38,947 bases of DNA from Oscillospiraceae bacterium (lineage in GTDB: Bacteria; Bacillota; Clostridia; Oscillospirales; UBA929), in the NCBI GenBank assembly GCA_009784085.1, contig WRCJ01000003.1, forward strand, positions 1-38,947, written 5' to 3'. Every line of letters starts with the position of its first letter. Position 1 is the stretch's first letter. The translations under genes and the position numbers were made by a program. Below are positions 26,618 to 36,367 of this stretch, one piece after another. Under the pieces are notes generated by a model. The model searched no databases. It was not told the DNA's origin and saw only the letters and a program-made list of their open reading frames with translations.

Positions 26618-27613
26618 CTATCGCGTGTTTTTTGCGTGGGCGAAGGGGAACGCCAAGGTGTAACATAAATATCCAAGTGTGCATGCGATGTAGTAGACGA
26701 GAAAGATTTCATATCTGAAATCGACAGCAAAGCCGCTCACTATGGAAAGAATATTCATGAAGAAAATACCTGCGGATACGGCAAAGGTAATCCCCCCCAC
26801 CAGGAAAAAGGCGCGCATACCGCCCCTTGTCCTGGCAAACAACGCGATCCCGCCAACAAACAGACAGGAGAGGTACAAAACGGTCAGCGAATAATCCAGG
26901 ATGTATTGCATTTTGGGGTCATAGGAAAATAGCCGTATTATACTATAAGACGAACTCTGCAGGCTCATAGCCGCGGCAGTGATTGTCATGATGACGCGCA
27001 CAAAGCCCCGCCTTCGGGCGGCGAACAGATATAGCCCAAAAATCAAGAAAACATATAACAACGGGCTAACGCTCGTAAAGGTGAGAAGCCACCTACCGGT
27101 CCAATGGAACGCGAAACTGAGCAAATTGATGAGACTGTATATGGTAGCGAGGCCACTGCCAATCGCGCACGGGATATGCGAAAAGTCATGCCGCGTGGCG
27201 AGGGCGCCCGAGGGCGACATAGGCGGCATGGGCATGACTGGCGGCGGCATGGGCGGCATAGGTGCCGGTGGCGATACAGGCGACATGGGTGGCCTGGGTG
27301 GCATGGCCGATGAGGCCATGGGTGGCCCGGGCGGCGGTGGCGATGGCCTGGGCGGCGGCGCGGCCACCGCTCCCGAAGGGGGCATGTATGGTTGCGGGCG
27401 GGGCGCCACCCGCGAAGGCGGCTGGGCCGGCTGGACGGGCGCAACCGGCGTACCCGGCGTACCCGGCTGGACCGGCGTGGCTGGTCTGGCAACCGGCTGG
27501 ACCGGCGTACCCGGCGCACCCGGCGAGGCTTGCGTCCCGTCCTTCCGCGCCCCGCAATGGGGACAAAAACCAGCCGTTTCATTCATCGTTCGACCACAGT
27601 TGATGCAAAACAT
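26618..27613 (-). CDS. Zinc-ribbon, Pro-rich, multi-TM membrane protein
   Basis: MFCINCG...FCPHCG, PVQP/PPM repeats, about 6 C-terminal TM helices; GAGGAG RBS. Confidence 0.75.
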   Translation of the reverse strand: MFCINCGRTMNETAGFCPHCGARKDGTQASPGAPGTPVQPVARPATPVQPGTPGTPVAPVQPAQPPSRVAPRPQPYMPPSGAVAAPPPRPSPPPPGPPMASSAMPPRPPMSPVSPPAPMPPMPPPVMPMPPMSPSGALATRHDFSHIPCAIGSGLATIYSLINLLSFAFHWTGRWLLTFTSVSPLLYVFLIFGLYLFAARRRGFVRVIMTITAAAMSLQSSSYSIIRLFSYDPKMQYILDYSLTVLYLSCLFVGGIALFARTRGGMRAFFLVGGITFAVSAGIFFMNILSIVSGFAVDFRYEIFLVYYIACTLGYLCYTLAFPFAHAKNTR

Positions 27614-27693
27614 GGGCGTTCTCCTCCTCGCAAAATCAGAAAATCAGCTGTTCAGCTATTTAAATTCATCATTTACATCACATCAAATTCACA

Positions 27694-28824
27694 TCACACG
27701 ATACTGCCCTTCCCGATGGCTATCGGATACGTGGCATGCCCCATCAACATGCGGCCGGGGCCGATGACGACCTCTTTGTCGGTGATGGCGTACCCCAGGA
27801 TGGCGCCTGCCGAGACCTTCGTGTCCTGCATCAGGATGCTGTTGTGGACACGGGCGCCGGATTCGATGCGCACGCCCCGGAAGATGACGCTGTTTTCCAC
27901 ATCGCCCTCGATAAAGCAACCGTCGGCCACCAAGCAGTTGCTGACCCTGGCGGCGGGCGCGTAGTACGTGGACGTGTCGTCGCGCACCTTGGTTTTGACG
28001 GGCCGGTCCTTCAAAAACAGGGAGGCGCGCACCTCCGCCCGCAACATACTCATATTGTGCTCAAAATAGGAAGCCACCGTGGACATGCGCGCGGCAAAGC
28101 CGTTGAAAACGTAGCCGGACACCTTCAGCGTCCCCAACATGCCCTGGAGGACATCGCGCTCGAAGTCGTACAGGTTGTGGGCGGCGCAATGGGCCACCAG
28201 CGTCTCGAGTAGCTTTTTGGAAAGGATATACACCCCCAACGATTCCGTCGTATCGAGCATGTCCCTGCCGCGGGCAATGTCGGTGACGATATCATCGTCG
28301 TCCATCTGCAAGAAGCAGGCGCATTCGGCCTGGCCCAGCCGACGGGGGGTACACAACGCGGTGATGTCGGCGCCGTTGGCGATGTGATGCCGAAGGGCGT
28401 CCTCCAGCGGGAGGTTGGCCACCAGGCAACCCTCGGCGAGCACCACGTACTCCTGGCGGATATGGGACAGGTAGGAGGTGATGTCGAACAGGGCGGCCAT
28501 GCTACCCAAGAACACGCCCTCGTAAGGGCCCTTGCCCGCGAAGCTAAAGGGAGGCAAGAGGCGCAGACCGCCCCGCTTGCGGGACAGATCCCAGTCCTTG
28601 CCCGAACCCAGGTGATCGAGCAGGGATTGGTAGTTTTCGCGCATGATCACCCCCACGTCGGTGATCCCGGCGCCCACCATATTGGAGAGCATAAAGTCGA
28701 TGACCCGGTAGCGCCCGCCAAAGGGCAAAGACGAAACGGATCTGTGTTCCGTCAGCTCCTTGAGGCGCGTGCCGCCGCCGCCGGCATAGGCGAAAATGAG
28801 TCCATGCATATCCTTCATCGTCAC
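27694..28824 (-). CDS. glgD: ADP-glucose pyrophosphorylase regulatory subunit
   Basis: LKELTEHRSVSSLPFGGRYRVIDF, HLGSGKDWDLSRK, hexapeptide C-terminus; downstream of glgC. Confidence 0.95.
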   Translation of the reverse strand: MTMKDMHGLIFAYAGGGGTRLKELTEHRSVSSLPFGGRYRVIDFMLSNMVGAGITDVGVIMRENYQSLLDHLGSGKDWDLSRKRGGLRLLPPFSFAGKGPYEGVFLGSMAALFDITSYLSHIRQEYVVLAEGCLVANLPLEDALRHHIANGADITALCTPRRLGQAECACFLQMDDDDIVTDIARGRDMLDTTESLGVYILSKKLLETLVAHCAAHNLYDFERDVLQGMLGTLKVSGYVFNGFAARMSTVASYFEHNMSMLRAEVRASLFLKDRPVKTKVRDDTSTYYAPAARVSNCLVADGCFIEGDVENSVIFRGVRIESGARVHNSILMQDTKVSAGAILGYAITDKEVVIGPGRMLMGHATYPIAIGKGSIV

Positions 28825-28833
28825 AGCCCCCCG

Positions 28834-30042
28834 TTAGCGAATATCGCAGCGAGCCATGGCCCGCGGCCCCAGTACGACGCCCGGCCCGATGGTCACCGAA
28901 GACGCCACAATAGCCAGCCCCCACTCTTCGGGCGGCACGCCGCTGGGATCGCCGCCGATCTTGGCGCCGCGCTCGATGACGGCGTCCTCGGCGACAATGG
29001 CGTACTCCACCACGGCATCTTCCTCAATAATGGCGCCCGGCATCACGATGGAATACTTCACCCGCGCCCCCGGCGCCACCTTGACATCCGTGAACAGGAC
29101 GGAATTCTCCACCGAACCATACACCTCGCAACCCTCGCTGACCACCGCGTGGGAAATCTGGGCTTCGGCGCCCACAAAATGCGGCGGCGCCGAGTTGGGC
29201 CGGGAGTATATCCGCCAAGTGGGATCGAAGATGTTCAGATCGCTTATGTCGCCTCCCGAGGCCAGCAGATCCATGTTCGCCTCCCACAGGCTGTCGATGG
29301 TGCCGACATCTTTCCAATAGCCTTTGAAGCGATAGGCATAGAGGGATTCGCCGGCGGCAAGCATGGCCGGGATGATGTCGGCGCCGAAATCATTCGATGA
29401 GTTCGGGTTCTGGTCGTCGTCCAGCAGGTAGGATTTCAGCTTTTTCCAGTTGAATACGTATACGCCCATGGAGGCCAGGTTGCTTTTCGGCTCGCGCGGC
29501 TTCTCCTCGAAGCCCACGATGCATCCGTCGGTTCTGGTGCTTAGAATGCCAAAACGAGACGCATCGTCGGGCGGCACCTCGATGACGGCGATGGTGCAGT
29601 CCGCGGCGTTGCTTTTATGATAGTTTATCATCTTGGCGTAGTTCATTTTGTAGATGTGGTCGCCGGACAGAACCAGCACCAAGTCGGGATCGTAGGTCTC
29701 GATGAATTCGATGTTCTGGAAGACGGCGTTGGCCGTCCCTTTGTACCATTCCCCGCCCTGCTTTTTCACGAAAGGCGGCAACACCCGCGCGCCGCCCTCC
29801 AGCCGGTCGAGATCCCAAGGCAGGCCGGATCCGATATAGGCGTTGAGCTCGTGGGGTTGGTATTGGGTCAGGATGCCCACCGTGTCGATCTTTGAATTGG
29901 CGCAGTTGGACAGGGGGAAGTCGATGATGCGGTACTTGCCCCCATACGGGACAGCCGGCTTTGCGACATTGGCGGTCAGCACATACAGCCGGCTACCCTG
30001 CCCGCCGGCCAGCAACATCGCCACGCATTCTTTCTTTCTCAC
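28834..30042 (-). CDS. glgC: Glucose-1-phosphate adenylyltransferase
   Basis: [53 protein letters not shown]. Confidence 0.97.
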   Translation of the reverse strand: MRKKECVAMLLAGGQGSRLYVLTANVAKPAVPYGGKYRIIDFPLSNCANSKIDTVGILTQYQPHELNAYIGSGLPWDLDRLEGGARVLPPFVKKQGGEWYKGTANAVFQNIEFIETYDPDLVLVLSGDHIYKMNYAKMINYHKSNAADCTIAVIEVPPDDASRFGILSTRTDGCIVGFEEKPREPKSNLASMGVYVFNWKKLKSYLLDDDQNPNSSNDFGADIIPAMLAAGESLYAYRFKGYWKDVGTIDSLWEANMDLLASGGDISDLNIFDPTWRIYSRPNSAPPHFVGAEAQISHAVVSEGCEVYGSVENSVLFTDVKVAPGARVKYSIVMPGAIIEEDAVVEYAIVAEDAVIERGAKIGGDPSGVPPEEWGLAIVASSVTIGPGVVLGPRAMARCDIR

Positions 30043-32057
30043 GTTACTCGCTCCCCTTCCCCGTCCCCGTCACCGGCATCGTCACCGGCATCGTCACCGT
30101 CACTGTCATCAGGTTTCGGTTCTATTTTCATTTCTATTTCAGCATCACAGCGTTCGTATTCCAGCAACACAGCGCCGAAGGGGGGGAGGGTGAAGGTAAA
30201 GCTATGGGGGAAATCCAGCCACTCGTCGGGTTTTGTGCTGATGATGCTGGGCAATTCGCAACCCCAGCCGCCGAAACGGCTGTCGTCCGAGTTGAGCAGC
30301 ACCCGGTAGTCGCCGGGATCCGGCACGCCCAGCCGGTAGTCGTCCCGTTGCAAGGGGGAAAAATTGAAAACGGCGACAATTTGGTTCCCGTCCTCGTCCA
30401 TGCGGCGGTAAGCCAGCGTGTTGCCCTGGTAGTCCCCGTGGTTCAGCCACCCAAAACCCTTCCAGTCGCAATCGCATTGCCAAAAAGCGGGGTAGCGCAG
30501 ATAGAGATGGTTGAGTGCTTTGACATATTCCCTGAGCTGGCGGTGCCTGTCGTAGCCAAGCAGTTCCCAGTCCAAGCCCTGGTAGAAATTCCATTCATTG
30601 AACTGCCCGAATTCGCCGCCCATGAAATGCAACTTCTTGCCGGGGTGGGTCATCATATAGGTCCAAAAAACGCGCGTGCCGGCAAACTTGTCGTCATAGT
30701 AGCCGGGCATTTTATTGAGGAGCGATCCCTTGCCATGGACCACCTCGTCATGCGAGATCGGCAAGATATAATTCTCCGAAAAGGCATACATCAGCGAGAA
30801 TGTCATGTCTTTATGGTTGAATTGCCGAAAAACCGGATCCAGCTTGGCGTAATGTAGCGCGTCGTTCATCCAACCCATGTTCCATTTGAAATTAAACCCC
30901 AGGCCCCCCACATGGGACGGCTTGGTGACCATGGGCCAAGCGGTCGACTCCTCCGCTATCATCAAGGCGTCCGGGAACGACGCGAAGACTTGATCGTTGA
31001 GCGTGCGCAGGAAACTGATGGATTCCAAGTTCTCCCGGCCGCCGTGGATGTTGGGCCTCCACTCGCCGTTTTGGCGGGAATAATCCAGGTACAGCATGGA
31101 AGCCACGGCGTCCACCCGCAAACCGTCGATGTGGTATTTGTCCAGCCAAAACACCGCCGAAGACATCAAAAAGGATCGTACCTCGTTGCGCCCGTAGTCG
31201 AAAACGCGGGTACCCCATTCCCTGTGCTCCATCTTGAGCGGGTCGCCGTATTCGTAGCAATACGTGCCGTCGAATTCTACCAGGCCGTGGGCATCCTTGG
31301 GGAAATGGGCGGGCGTCCAGTCCAGGATGATGCCAAGGCCGGCTTGATGGAAGCGGTCGACGAAGGACATGAACTCATGGGGCGTGCCAAACCGGGAGGT
31401 CGGCGCGAAAAAGCCGGTGACCTGATAGCCCCAGGAATCGTCCAAGGGGTGCTCCAATATGGGCAACAGCTCGACGTGGGTAAAGCCCATCTCAGTGGCA
31501 TAGGGGATGAGCCGGTCGGCGATTTCGCCGTAGGAGAGCAGGCCGCCGTCCTCGCGCCGCTGCCAGGAACCCAAATGGACTTCGTAAATGTTGATGGGCC
31601 TGTCGTAGGGTTCCTGCCGCGAGTCCATCCATTGCTTGTCGCCCCAAGTGTAACCGTCCAGGTTGAACAACTTGGACGCGGTACCCGGGCGGTGTTCGGC
31701 GTGGTAAGCGTACGGGTCGGCCTTTTCGAGCTGCCAACCCAGCGTGGTGTCGATGGCGTATTTGTAGTTGTCGTAGATTTGCATGCCGGGGATAAAACCT
31801 TCCCAAACGCCGTCGGATACTTTCTCCATCACGTGGCGCGACCTGTCCCAGTCGTTAAAATCACCGATGATGGAAACCCGCCGGGCATCGGGCGCCCACA
31901 CGCGGAACAGCGCGCCGGAAACACCATCGCGCACGACTATCCGCGAACCCAAAAACTCATAGGCGCGGCTGTCCGATCCTTGGTGGAACAAGAACAGGTG
32001 CAAGCCGAGGGATTCGTCTATCGCCGGGTTTTTCATGCCGGTACCGTCGTTTTTCAC
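30039..32057 (-). CDS. glgB: 1,4-alpha-glucan branching enzyme
   Basis: [37 protein letters not shown]; repetitive acidic tail. Confidence 0.97.
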   Translation of the reverse strand: MKNDGTGMKNPAIDESLGLHLFLFHQGSDSRAYEFLGSRIVVRDGVSGALFRVWAPDARRVSIIGDFNDWDRSRHVMEKVSDGVWEGFIPGMQIYDNYKYAIDTTLGWQLEKADPYAYHAEHRPGTASKLFNLDGYTWGDKQWMDSRQEPYDRPINIYEVHLGSWQRREDGGLLSYGEIADRLIPYATEMGFTHVELLPILEHPLDDSWGYQVTGFFAPTSRFGTPHEFMSFVDRFHQAGLGIILDWTPAHFPKDAHGLVEFDGTYCYEYGDPLKMEHREWGTRVFDYGRNEVRSFLMSSAVFWLDKYHIDGLRVDAVASMLYLDYSRQNGEWRPNIHGGRENLESISFLRTLNDQVFASFPDALMIAEESTAWPMVTKPSHVGGLGFNFKWNMGWMNDALHYAKLDPVFRQFNHKDMTFSLMYAFSENYILPISHDEVVHGKGSLLNKMPGYYDDKFAGTRVFWTYMMTHPGKKLHFMGGEFGQFNEWNFYQGLDWELLGYDRHRQLREYVKALNHLYLRYPAFWQCDCDWKGFGWLNHGDYQGNTLAYRRMDEDGNQIVAVFNFSPLQRDDYRLGVPDPGDYRVLLNSDDSRFGGWGCELPSIISTKPDEWLDFPHSFTFTLPPFGAVLLEYERCDAEIEMKIEPKPDDSDGDDAGDDAGDGDGEGERVT

Positions 32058-32086
32058 AGATAATCTCCTTATTTTGTCTACATCCC

Positions 32087-32159
32087 TTACGTTGCCTGCG
32101 TCTTTTATGATTGCCTGCGTCTTCTACGTTGCCTACGTCCCTTACGTTGCCTGCGTCTT
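32087..32159. repeat. About 18-bp repeat x4 of the pduL last five codons and stop
   Basis: TTACGTTGCCTGCGTCTT at 32087 and 32142, with two diverged copies between. Confidence 0.9.
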
Positions 32160-32747
32160 CTTGACGACCAAACCGGTCTCCCCGCCGGATAGTCCGGCGG
32201 CGTTGTATTCGTCGATGTCGATGTGCATGCGGGTGCGGAAGCGGGGCGATTCGCGCACAATCACTTCGTCGAATATCAGCGCACGTGGGCCGCCGATTTC
32301 CACCCGCACGACTTCCTTGTCGGACAGCCCGTACAGGGCGGCATCCTCCGGCGTGATATGGATGTGCCTCTTGGCGGCGATGACGCCTTCGGGGACGTCC
32401 ATCGCGCCGCATGGCCCGACCAGGCGGCAGGGGGCCGAGGCGGCGACCTGCCCGCTCTCGCGGATGGGCGGGGCAATGCCCAGCCGGCGCGCGTCGGAGA
32501 GCGACAGCTCGACCTGCGTGTCCGGGCGTTCCGGGCCCAAGATGGATACGCGATCGATCCCGCCCCGGGGGCCCTCCACGCGCACCTTTTCCTCTGTCAG
32601 GAACTGGCCGGGCTGGGATAGCTCGCGGACATTGTGCAAGGCGGCGCCCGGCCCGAACAAGGTGGCCAGCGCCTCGGCGGTCACGTGGACATGGCGGGCC
32701 GACGCCTCGACAATAATATGAAGCTGTGGATACATCGGAAAGGTCAC
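32142..32747 (-). CDS. pduL: Phosphate propanoyltransferase/phosphotransacylase PduL
   Basis: EASARHVH, ELSQPGQF, LGPER, IRESG, RHIH, MHIDIDE. Confidence 0.93.
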   Translation of the reverse strand: MTFPMYPQLHIIVEASARHVHVTAEALATLFGPGAALHNVRELSQPGQFLTEEKVRVEGPRGGIDRVSILGPERPDTQVELSLSDARRLGIAPPIRESGQVAASAPCRLVGPCGAMDVPEGVIAAKRHIHITPEDAALYGLSDKEVVRVEIGGPRALIFDEVIVRESPRFRTRMHIDIDEYNAAGLSGGETGLVVKKTQAT

Positions 32748-32769
32748 TCCTCATGCGTTGGCCTCGAAA

Positions 32770-32799
32770 ACCGCAGTTGACCGCAGACGACCGTAGTTG
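32770..32799. repeat. 10-bp direct repeat x3 in the pduL leader
   Basis: ACCGCAGTTG ACCGCAGACG ACCGTAGTTG. Confidence 0.75.
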
Positions 32800-32978
32800 T
32801 TTGGGGCGGTTCTTTGCGTGAATTTGAGGCGGCTCTTTTTATTTTACAAGTAATATATCGAAAGAATCGTGCGGAGGATATCGGTTTGCAATCGAAAAAA
32901 GAAGCTGCCGTTATCTTATCATATTTTTATGGCTGTGGCAACACTTTTCGGGGGCCGCGCACACATTGGCGCGATACA

Positions 32979-33007
32979 TTTACAAATTGGAGTTTTTTTG
33001 ATAAAAT
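32979..33007 (+). promoter_or_regulatory. SigA-type promoter of the XRE gene
   Basis: TTTACA-N17-TAAAAT with a TG extension. Confidence 0.6.
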
Positions 33008-33046
33008 AAGCGGGAAGTTATCGGAATGGCTTGGAGGGACCTTCAA

Positions 33047-33751
33047 ATGCGTGAATCTTTTTGCCGCACGCTTTCCTTGTTGCGTCGCGACAAGGGCGTT
33101 AGCCAGAAGACGGCGTCCACCGAGCTGGGGATATCGCAGGCACTGCTTTCCCACTACGAGAAAGGGACCCGCGAACCTGGCCTGGCTTTCGTGGTGCGCG
33201 CCTGCGAGTATTATGGCGTGTCCGCCGATTTTCTGCTGGGGCGCACGATGCTGCGCGACGGCACGCTGGTTTCCCCCGAGGCGTTGCACGACGCCGCGGA
33301 CGACAAAGACAACAGGTTGCGCGGCAATGTGTCCGCCCTGCTTCATAAGAAATTGCTCATCAGTGCCATCAGCCTGCTGTTCGACCTGCTTGGCCGCTCC
33401 CGGGACAAGGCGCTCATCGACTCTGCCTCGGCGTACCTGAGCGACGCGGTATATATCGTCTTCCGACATCTATACGAGGCGGCCGGGGACAACCCCGCCG
33501 CCTCGTTTGGCATCCCCGGCGCGCTGTTTTCCTTGGCCGCCGCCGCCGACATGGCCCGCCGCGAGGCGCAGCTCAGCTCGCGGCTGTGCCGCGCCAAAGG
33601 GAAAAGGGACAAAAGGGATGACGTGCCGACAATCCCGCCGCTGTCCCATGACATGCTGTTGTCCGAATACCCCCAGCTGGCCCAGTCCCTCTATATGCTT
33701 TTGCAGCAGACAGGGGAGAGGATTCAGTTCGACGCCGACGTGCTGGCGTAG
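33047..33751 (+). CDS. XRE-family HTH regulator with an uncharacterised C-terminal domain
   Basis: LRRDKGVSQK...LGISQALLSHYEKGTREP...YYGVSADFLLG; GGAGG RBS. Confidence 0.88.
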   Translation: MRESFCRTLSLLRRDKGVSQKTASTELGISQALLSHYEKGTREPGLAFVVRACEYYGVSADFLLGRTMLRDGTLVSPEALHDAADDKDNRLRGNVSALLHKKLLISAISLLFDLLGRSRDKALIDSASAYLSDAVYIVFRHLYEAAGDNPAASFGIPGALFSLAAAADMARREAQLSSRLCRAKGKRDKRDDVPTIPPLSHDMLLSEYPQLAQSLYMLLQQTGERIQFDADVLA

Positions 33752-33810
33752 CTTGCGCTGGCGTAGCTTTGTGGAAAGGCTTGTTAAACCATGACGGAGA
33801 TCGTAGGATC

Positions 33811-34155
33811 ATGACGGAGGTCAGGCATGTCAACCTGGAAGCCGGGTACCCCACCGCAGACGCCGCCGTTAAACGGCTGACGTACGAACTGCACACCTCC
33901 CGCCACCTGGGGTACAAGGCGGTGAAACTCATTCACGGGTATGGGTCGTCGGGGCCAGGCGGGCGCATCCGGGTGGAAGCCCGCGCCTATCTGGCCAGAT
34001 TACTGCGCCGAAGGCAGCTTGCCATGATCCTGACAGGCGAGCAGTTTTCCATCTTCGACCAAGCCACCCGCGACGCCTTCGCCCTCTGCGGGGAACTGCG
34101 GCGCGACAGCGATCTGGACAGGCACAACAACGGGGTCACGTTCGTGATATTGTGA
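33811..34155 (+). CDS. Smr/MutS2 C-terminal-like small protein
   Basis: VNLE.G.PT...A, KLIHGYGSSG, N.GVTFVIL. Confidence 0.8.
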   Translation: MTEVRHVNLEAGYPTADAAVKRLTYELHTSRHLGYKAVKLIHGYGSSGPGGRIRVEARAYLARLLRRRQLAMILTGEQFSIFDQATRDAFALCGELRRDSDLDRHNNGVTFVIL

Positions 34156-34199
34156 TATTGTAGTGATGCGATGATGCGATGATGTAATAATGCAATGCT
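34144..34199. repeat. 8-bp periodic, progressively diverging repeat at and after the Smr stop
   Basis: GTGATATT GTGATATT GTAGTGAT GCGATGAT GCGATGAT GTAATAAT GCAATGCT. Confidence 0.8.
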
Positions 34200-34209
34200 A
34201 TAGGGATAC

Positions 34210-34239
34210 CGCCGCCCCCTTCCAAGGAAGGGGGCGGCG
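34210..34239. terminator. GC hairpin between the convergent Smr and SLH-SBP genes
   Basis: Perfect inverted repeat CGCCGCCCCCTTCC-AA-GGAAGGGGGCGGCG; no clear T-tract. Confidence 0.65.
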
Positions 34240-34256
34240 CGAAGTTCCGAGGTTTG

Positions 34257-36080
34257 TCAGCCCAGTGCGGCCACCCTTGCGTTCATGGCGGCAATGGCGT
34301 CGTCGATGCTCTTCTCGCCCAACAAGATGCATTCATGCTCTTCGATGAGGATCGTTTCGATGTCGTAGCACTTGTCATGCATGGGCATCTCCAGATAGAC
34401 CTTGTTGACCTTGAGGGCTTCTTTGCTGTTGGCGTCGCCGGGGAAGCCGGCCATGGAAGCCAGGAGGTTCACGACCATGTCGTTCTTGACAGCCGGGAAA
34501 TGGCCGACGCTGGCCAGCACGGCCGCGCCCTTATCGCCGCAAACAAACTTCATGAAGTCAATGGCGACTTCTTTTCTCCGCACTCCGGAGTTCTTGTTGA
34601 CCGCCAGGCTCGTGATGGTACCCAGCGTCGTGCCGGCCGCAACGCCGGCCGGATGGGGGTACTTCACGATGCCCCAAGCATTCGGCGTTTCAATTTCTGC
34701 AATCGCGCATGCGGTGATCAGCGGGGGGATGAACCAGGTTCCCATGTTGAGCATGGCGATCTGGCCGCTGTAGAAGGCGCCGGTGTAGTGCATGCTCGAA
34801 GCCCTGATGTCGGCCAGCGTCATGACAATGCCGTCATCTTGCTGCTTGGTGACCATCTCGTAGGTGGGCTTCATGAAGTTGTAATTGCCGTCCACGATGG
34901 TATGCTGGCCGTCCAGGATGGAGAACAGGGACGAGGCGCTGCGCCAGCCGTGGTAATGGGCGCCGTAGATCTTGTTCGCACCGGAACCGCTGGTAAGCCT
35001 GCGGGCCAATGCGTCATATTCCTCCATGGTCATGTCGTTGGTGGGATAGGCCACGTCGGCCGCGTCAAAGATATCCTTATTATAGTACAAAACCCAGAAG
35101 TCCTGCTTAAAAGGCAGCGCGTAGAACTCGCCGCCGACACTGATCTGCTCAAGCACGCCGTTGTAAAGCGATTTGTTGATGCCATAGCCGGACAGCGGCT
35201 CCAAGCGGTTTTGTTTGATCAGGTTGGCGTAACCGGGCATGTTGTCCCTGATGGTCAGGACGTCATAGTCGGCGCCGCCGGACAGCCGCGTGGCCATGTC
35301 GTACATAAAGTCGCCGTTGTTAGGGAGGTCGACGACCTCGATGGTCACCCAAGGATTCATGGCCGTATAGGCGGCAATCAGCGGGCGGTAATAGGCCGTG
35401 GTGGCGTAATCGAACAGGCACCACTTGATGGTCACGGGGGCGTTGCCGCCGGTGGCGACCAGGAAGTTCGCGAATAGCTGCGCGATTTCCGCCCGGAGCA
35501 TGTACCCCCTGGGGTCGAAGCGGTTGCCCGGCCTGCCGTTGATGATGCCGGCGTCACGCAGCCGATAGACTTGCTCGCGCGCCCAGGTGTTGATCAGCGC
35601 ATCGTCGGCAAACGGCGCGCCCTTGCTCGCGGGCGACAGCGCGATGCCCTTGATCTTGATATAGTTGTCGAGCAGCACCGCCATCTCCTGGCGGGTGATG
35701 AGCCGTCCCGGCATGAAATTGCCCTTGCCATCGCCGGAAATAAAGCCGCGCGCGCTCGCCCATGCCACGGCCGGCGTATACCATTTGCCGTTCGGCACGT
35801 CGTTGAAACCCGACGTCTTGTAGCCGGACAAATCCGCGCCGTCCAACTTGGCGAGGATCGCGGCGGCCTCCAGGCGCGTGAACTGATTGTTAGGCATAAA
35901 GTTGCCCTTGCCGTCGCCCGCCATGATGCCGCTTGCCTGCAGGGTATACACGGCGTCGGCATACCAGCTGTTGTTGGGGACATCGTTGTACAGTTGCCGG
36001 GTTTCCTGTGCTGTTGCCGTGCCGCCGACGAGCCCCAGCAGGAGGGCTGCTGCCATCAGGATTGATACTGCTTTCTTCAT
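34257..36080 (-). CDS. SLH-domain (x3) plus family-1 extracellular solute-binding protein fusion
   Basis: Sec signal without lipobox; three SLH repeats (DVP..WY...G.F.P...TR.E.A); C-terminal SBP (YALPF, LYYNKDIFDAA, FYSGQIAM...GTW). Confidence 0.88.
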   Translation of the reverse strand: MKKAVSILMAAALLLGLVGGTATAQETRQLYNDVPNNSWYADAVYTLQASGIMAGDGKGNFMPNNQFTRLEAAAILAKLDGADLSGYKTSGFNDVPNGKWYTPAVAWASARGFISGDGKGNFMPGRLITRQEMAVLLDNYIKIKGIALSPASKGAPFADDALINTWAREQVYRLRDAGIINGRPGNRFDPRGYMLRAEIAQLFANFLVATGGNAPVTIKWCLFDYATTAYYRPLIAAYTAMNPWVTIEVVDLPNNGDFMYDMATRLSGGADYDVLTIRDNMPGYANLIKQNRLEPLSGYGINKSLYNGVLEQISVGGEFYALPFKQDFWVLYYNKDIFDAADVAYPTNDMTMEEYDALARRLTSGSGANKIYGAHYHGWRSASSLFSILDGQHTIVDGNYNFMKPTYEMVTKQQDDGIVMTLADIRASSMHYTGAFYSGQIAMLNMGTWFIPPLITACAIAEIETPNAWGIVKYPHPAGVAAGTTLGTITSLAVNKNSGVRRKEVAIDFMKFVCGDKGAAVLASVGHFPAVKNDMVVNLLASMAGFPGDANSKEALKVNKVYLEMPMHDKCYDIETILIEEHECILLGEKSIDDAIAAMNARVAALG

Positions 36081-36198
36081 TGTGATCTACTCCTCTTCTT
36101 TTTATGCGGAGCCGTAGCAATATATCCTGTTCGAATAGTAGGAATACTGTTGCCGTTTGATGCAAAAATGACAACTGCTAGCTCCGAATGTTGCAATA

Positions 36199-36227
36199 AC
36201 TATATCATCTGTCTGGCACGGCGTCAA
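36199..36227 (-). promoter_or_regulatory. SigA-type promoter of the SLH-SBP gene
   Basis: TTGACG-N17-TATAGT with a TG extension. Confidence 0.65.
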
Positions 36228-36302
36228 GGGGGAGATGTAAAAATTTTCCACGGCACCCCACGGCGACCGCGCACCCGCGTGGCGTGGAGGCGCGGTCGCG
36301 CC

Positions 36303-36367
36303 CTGGACAGGCACAACATTGGCACAACAATGGGGTCGCGTTCGTGATATTGTAATGATGCAATGCT
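36303..36367 (+). repeat. Second copy of the Smr gene 3' end (direct repeat of 34114-34199)
   Basis: CTGGACAGGCACAACA..GGCACAACAATGGGGTCGCGTTCGTGATATTGTAATGATGCAATGCT vs CTGGACAGGCACAACAACGGGGTCACGTTCGTGATATTG...TAATAATGCAATGCT. Confidence 0.88.

Noticed and set aside
32142-32747. Bacterial microcompartment (pdu/eut) locus
   Set aside because: No shell-protein or signature-enzyme genes nearby
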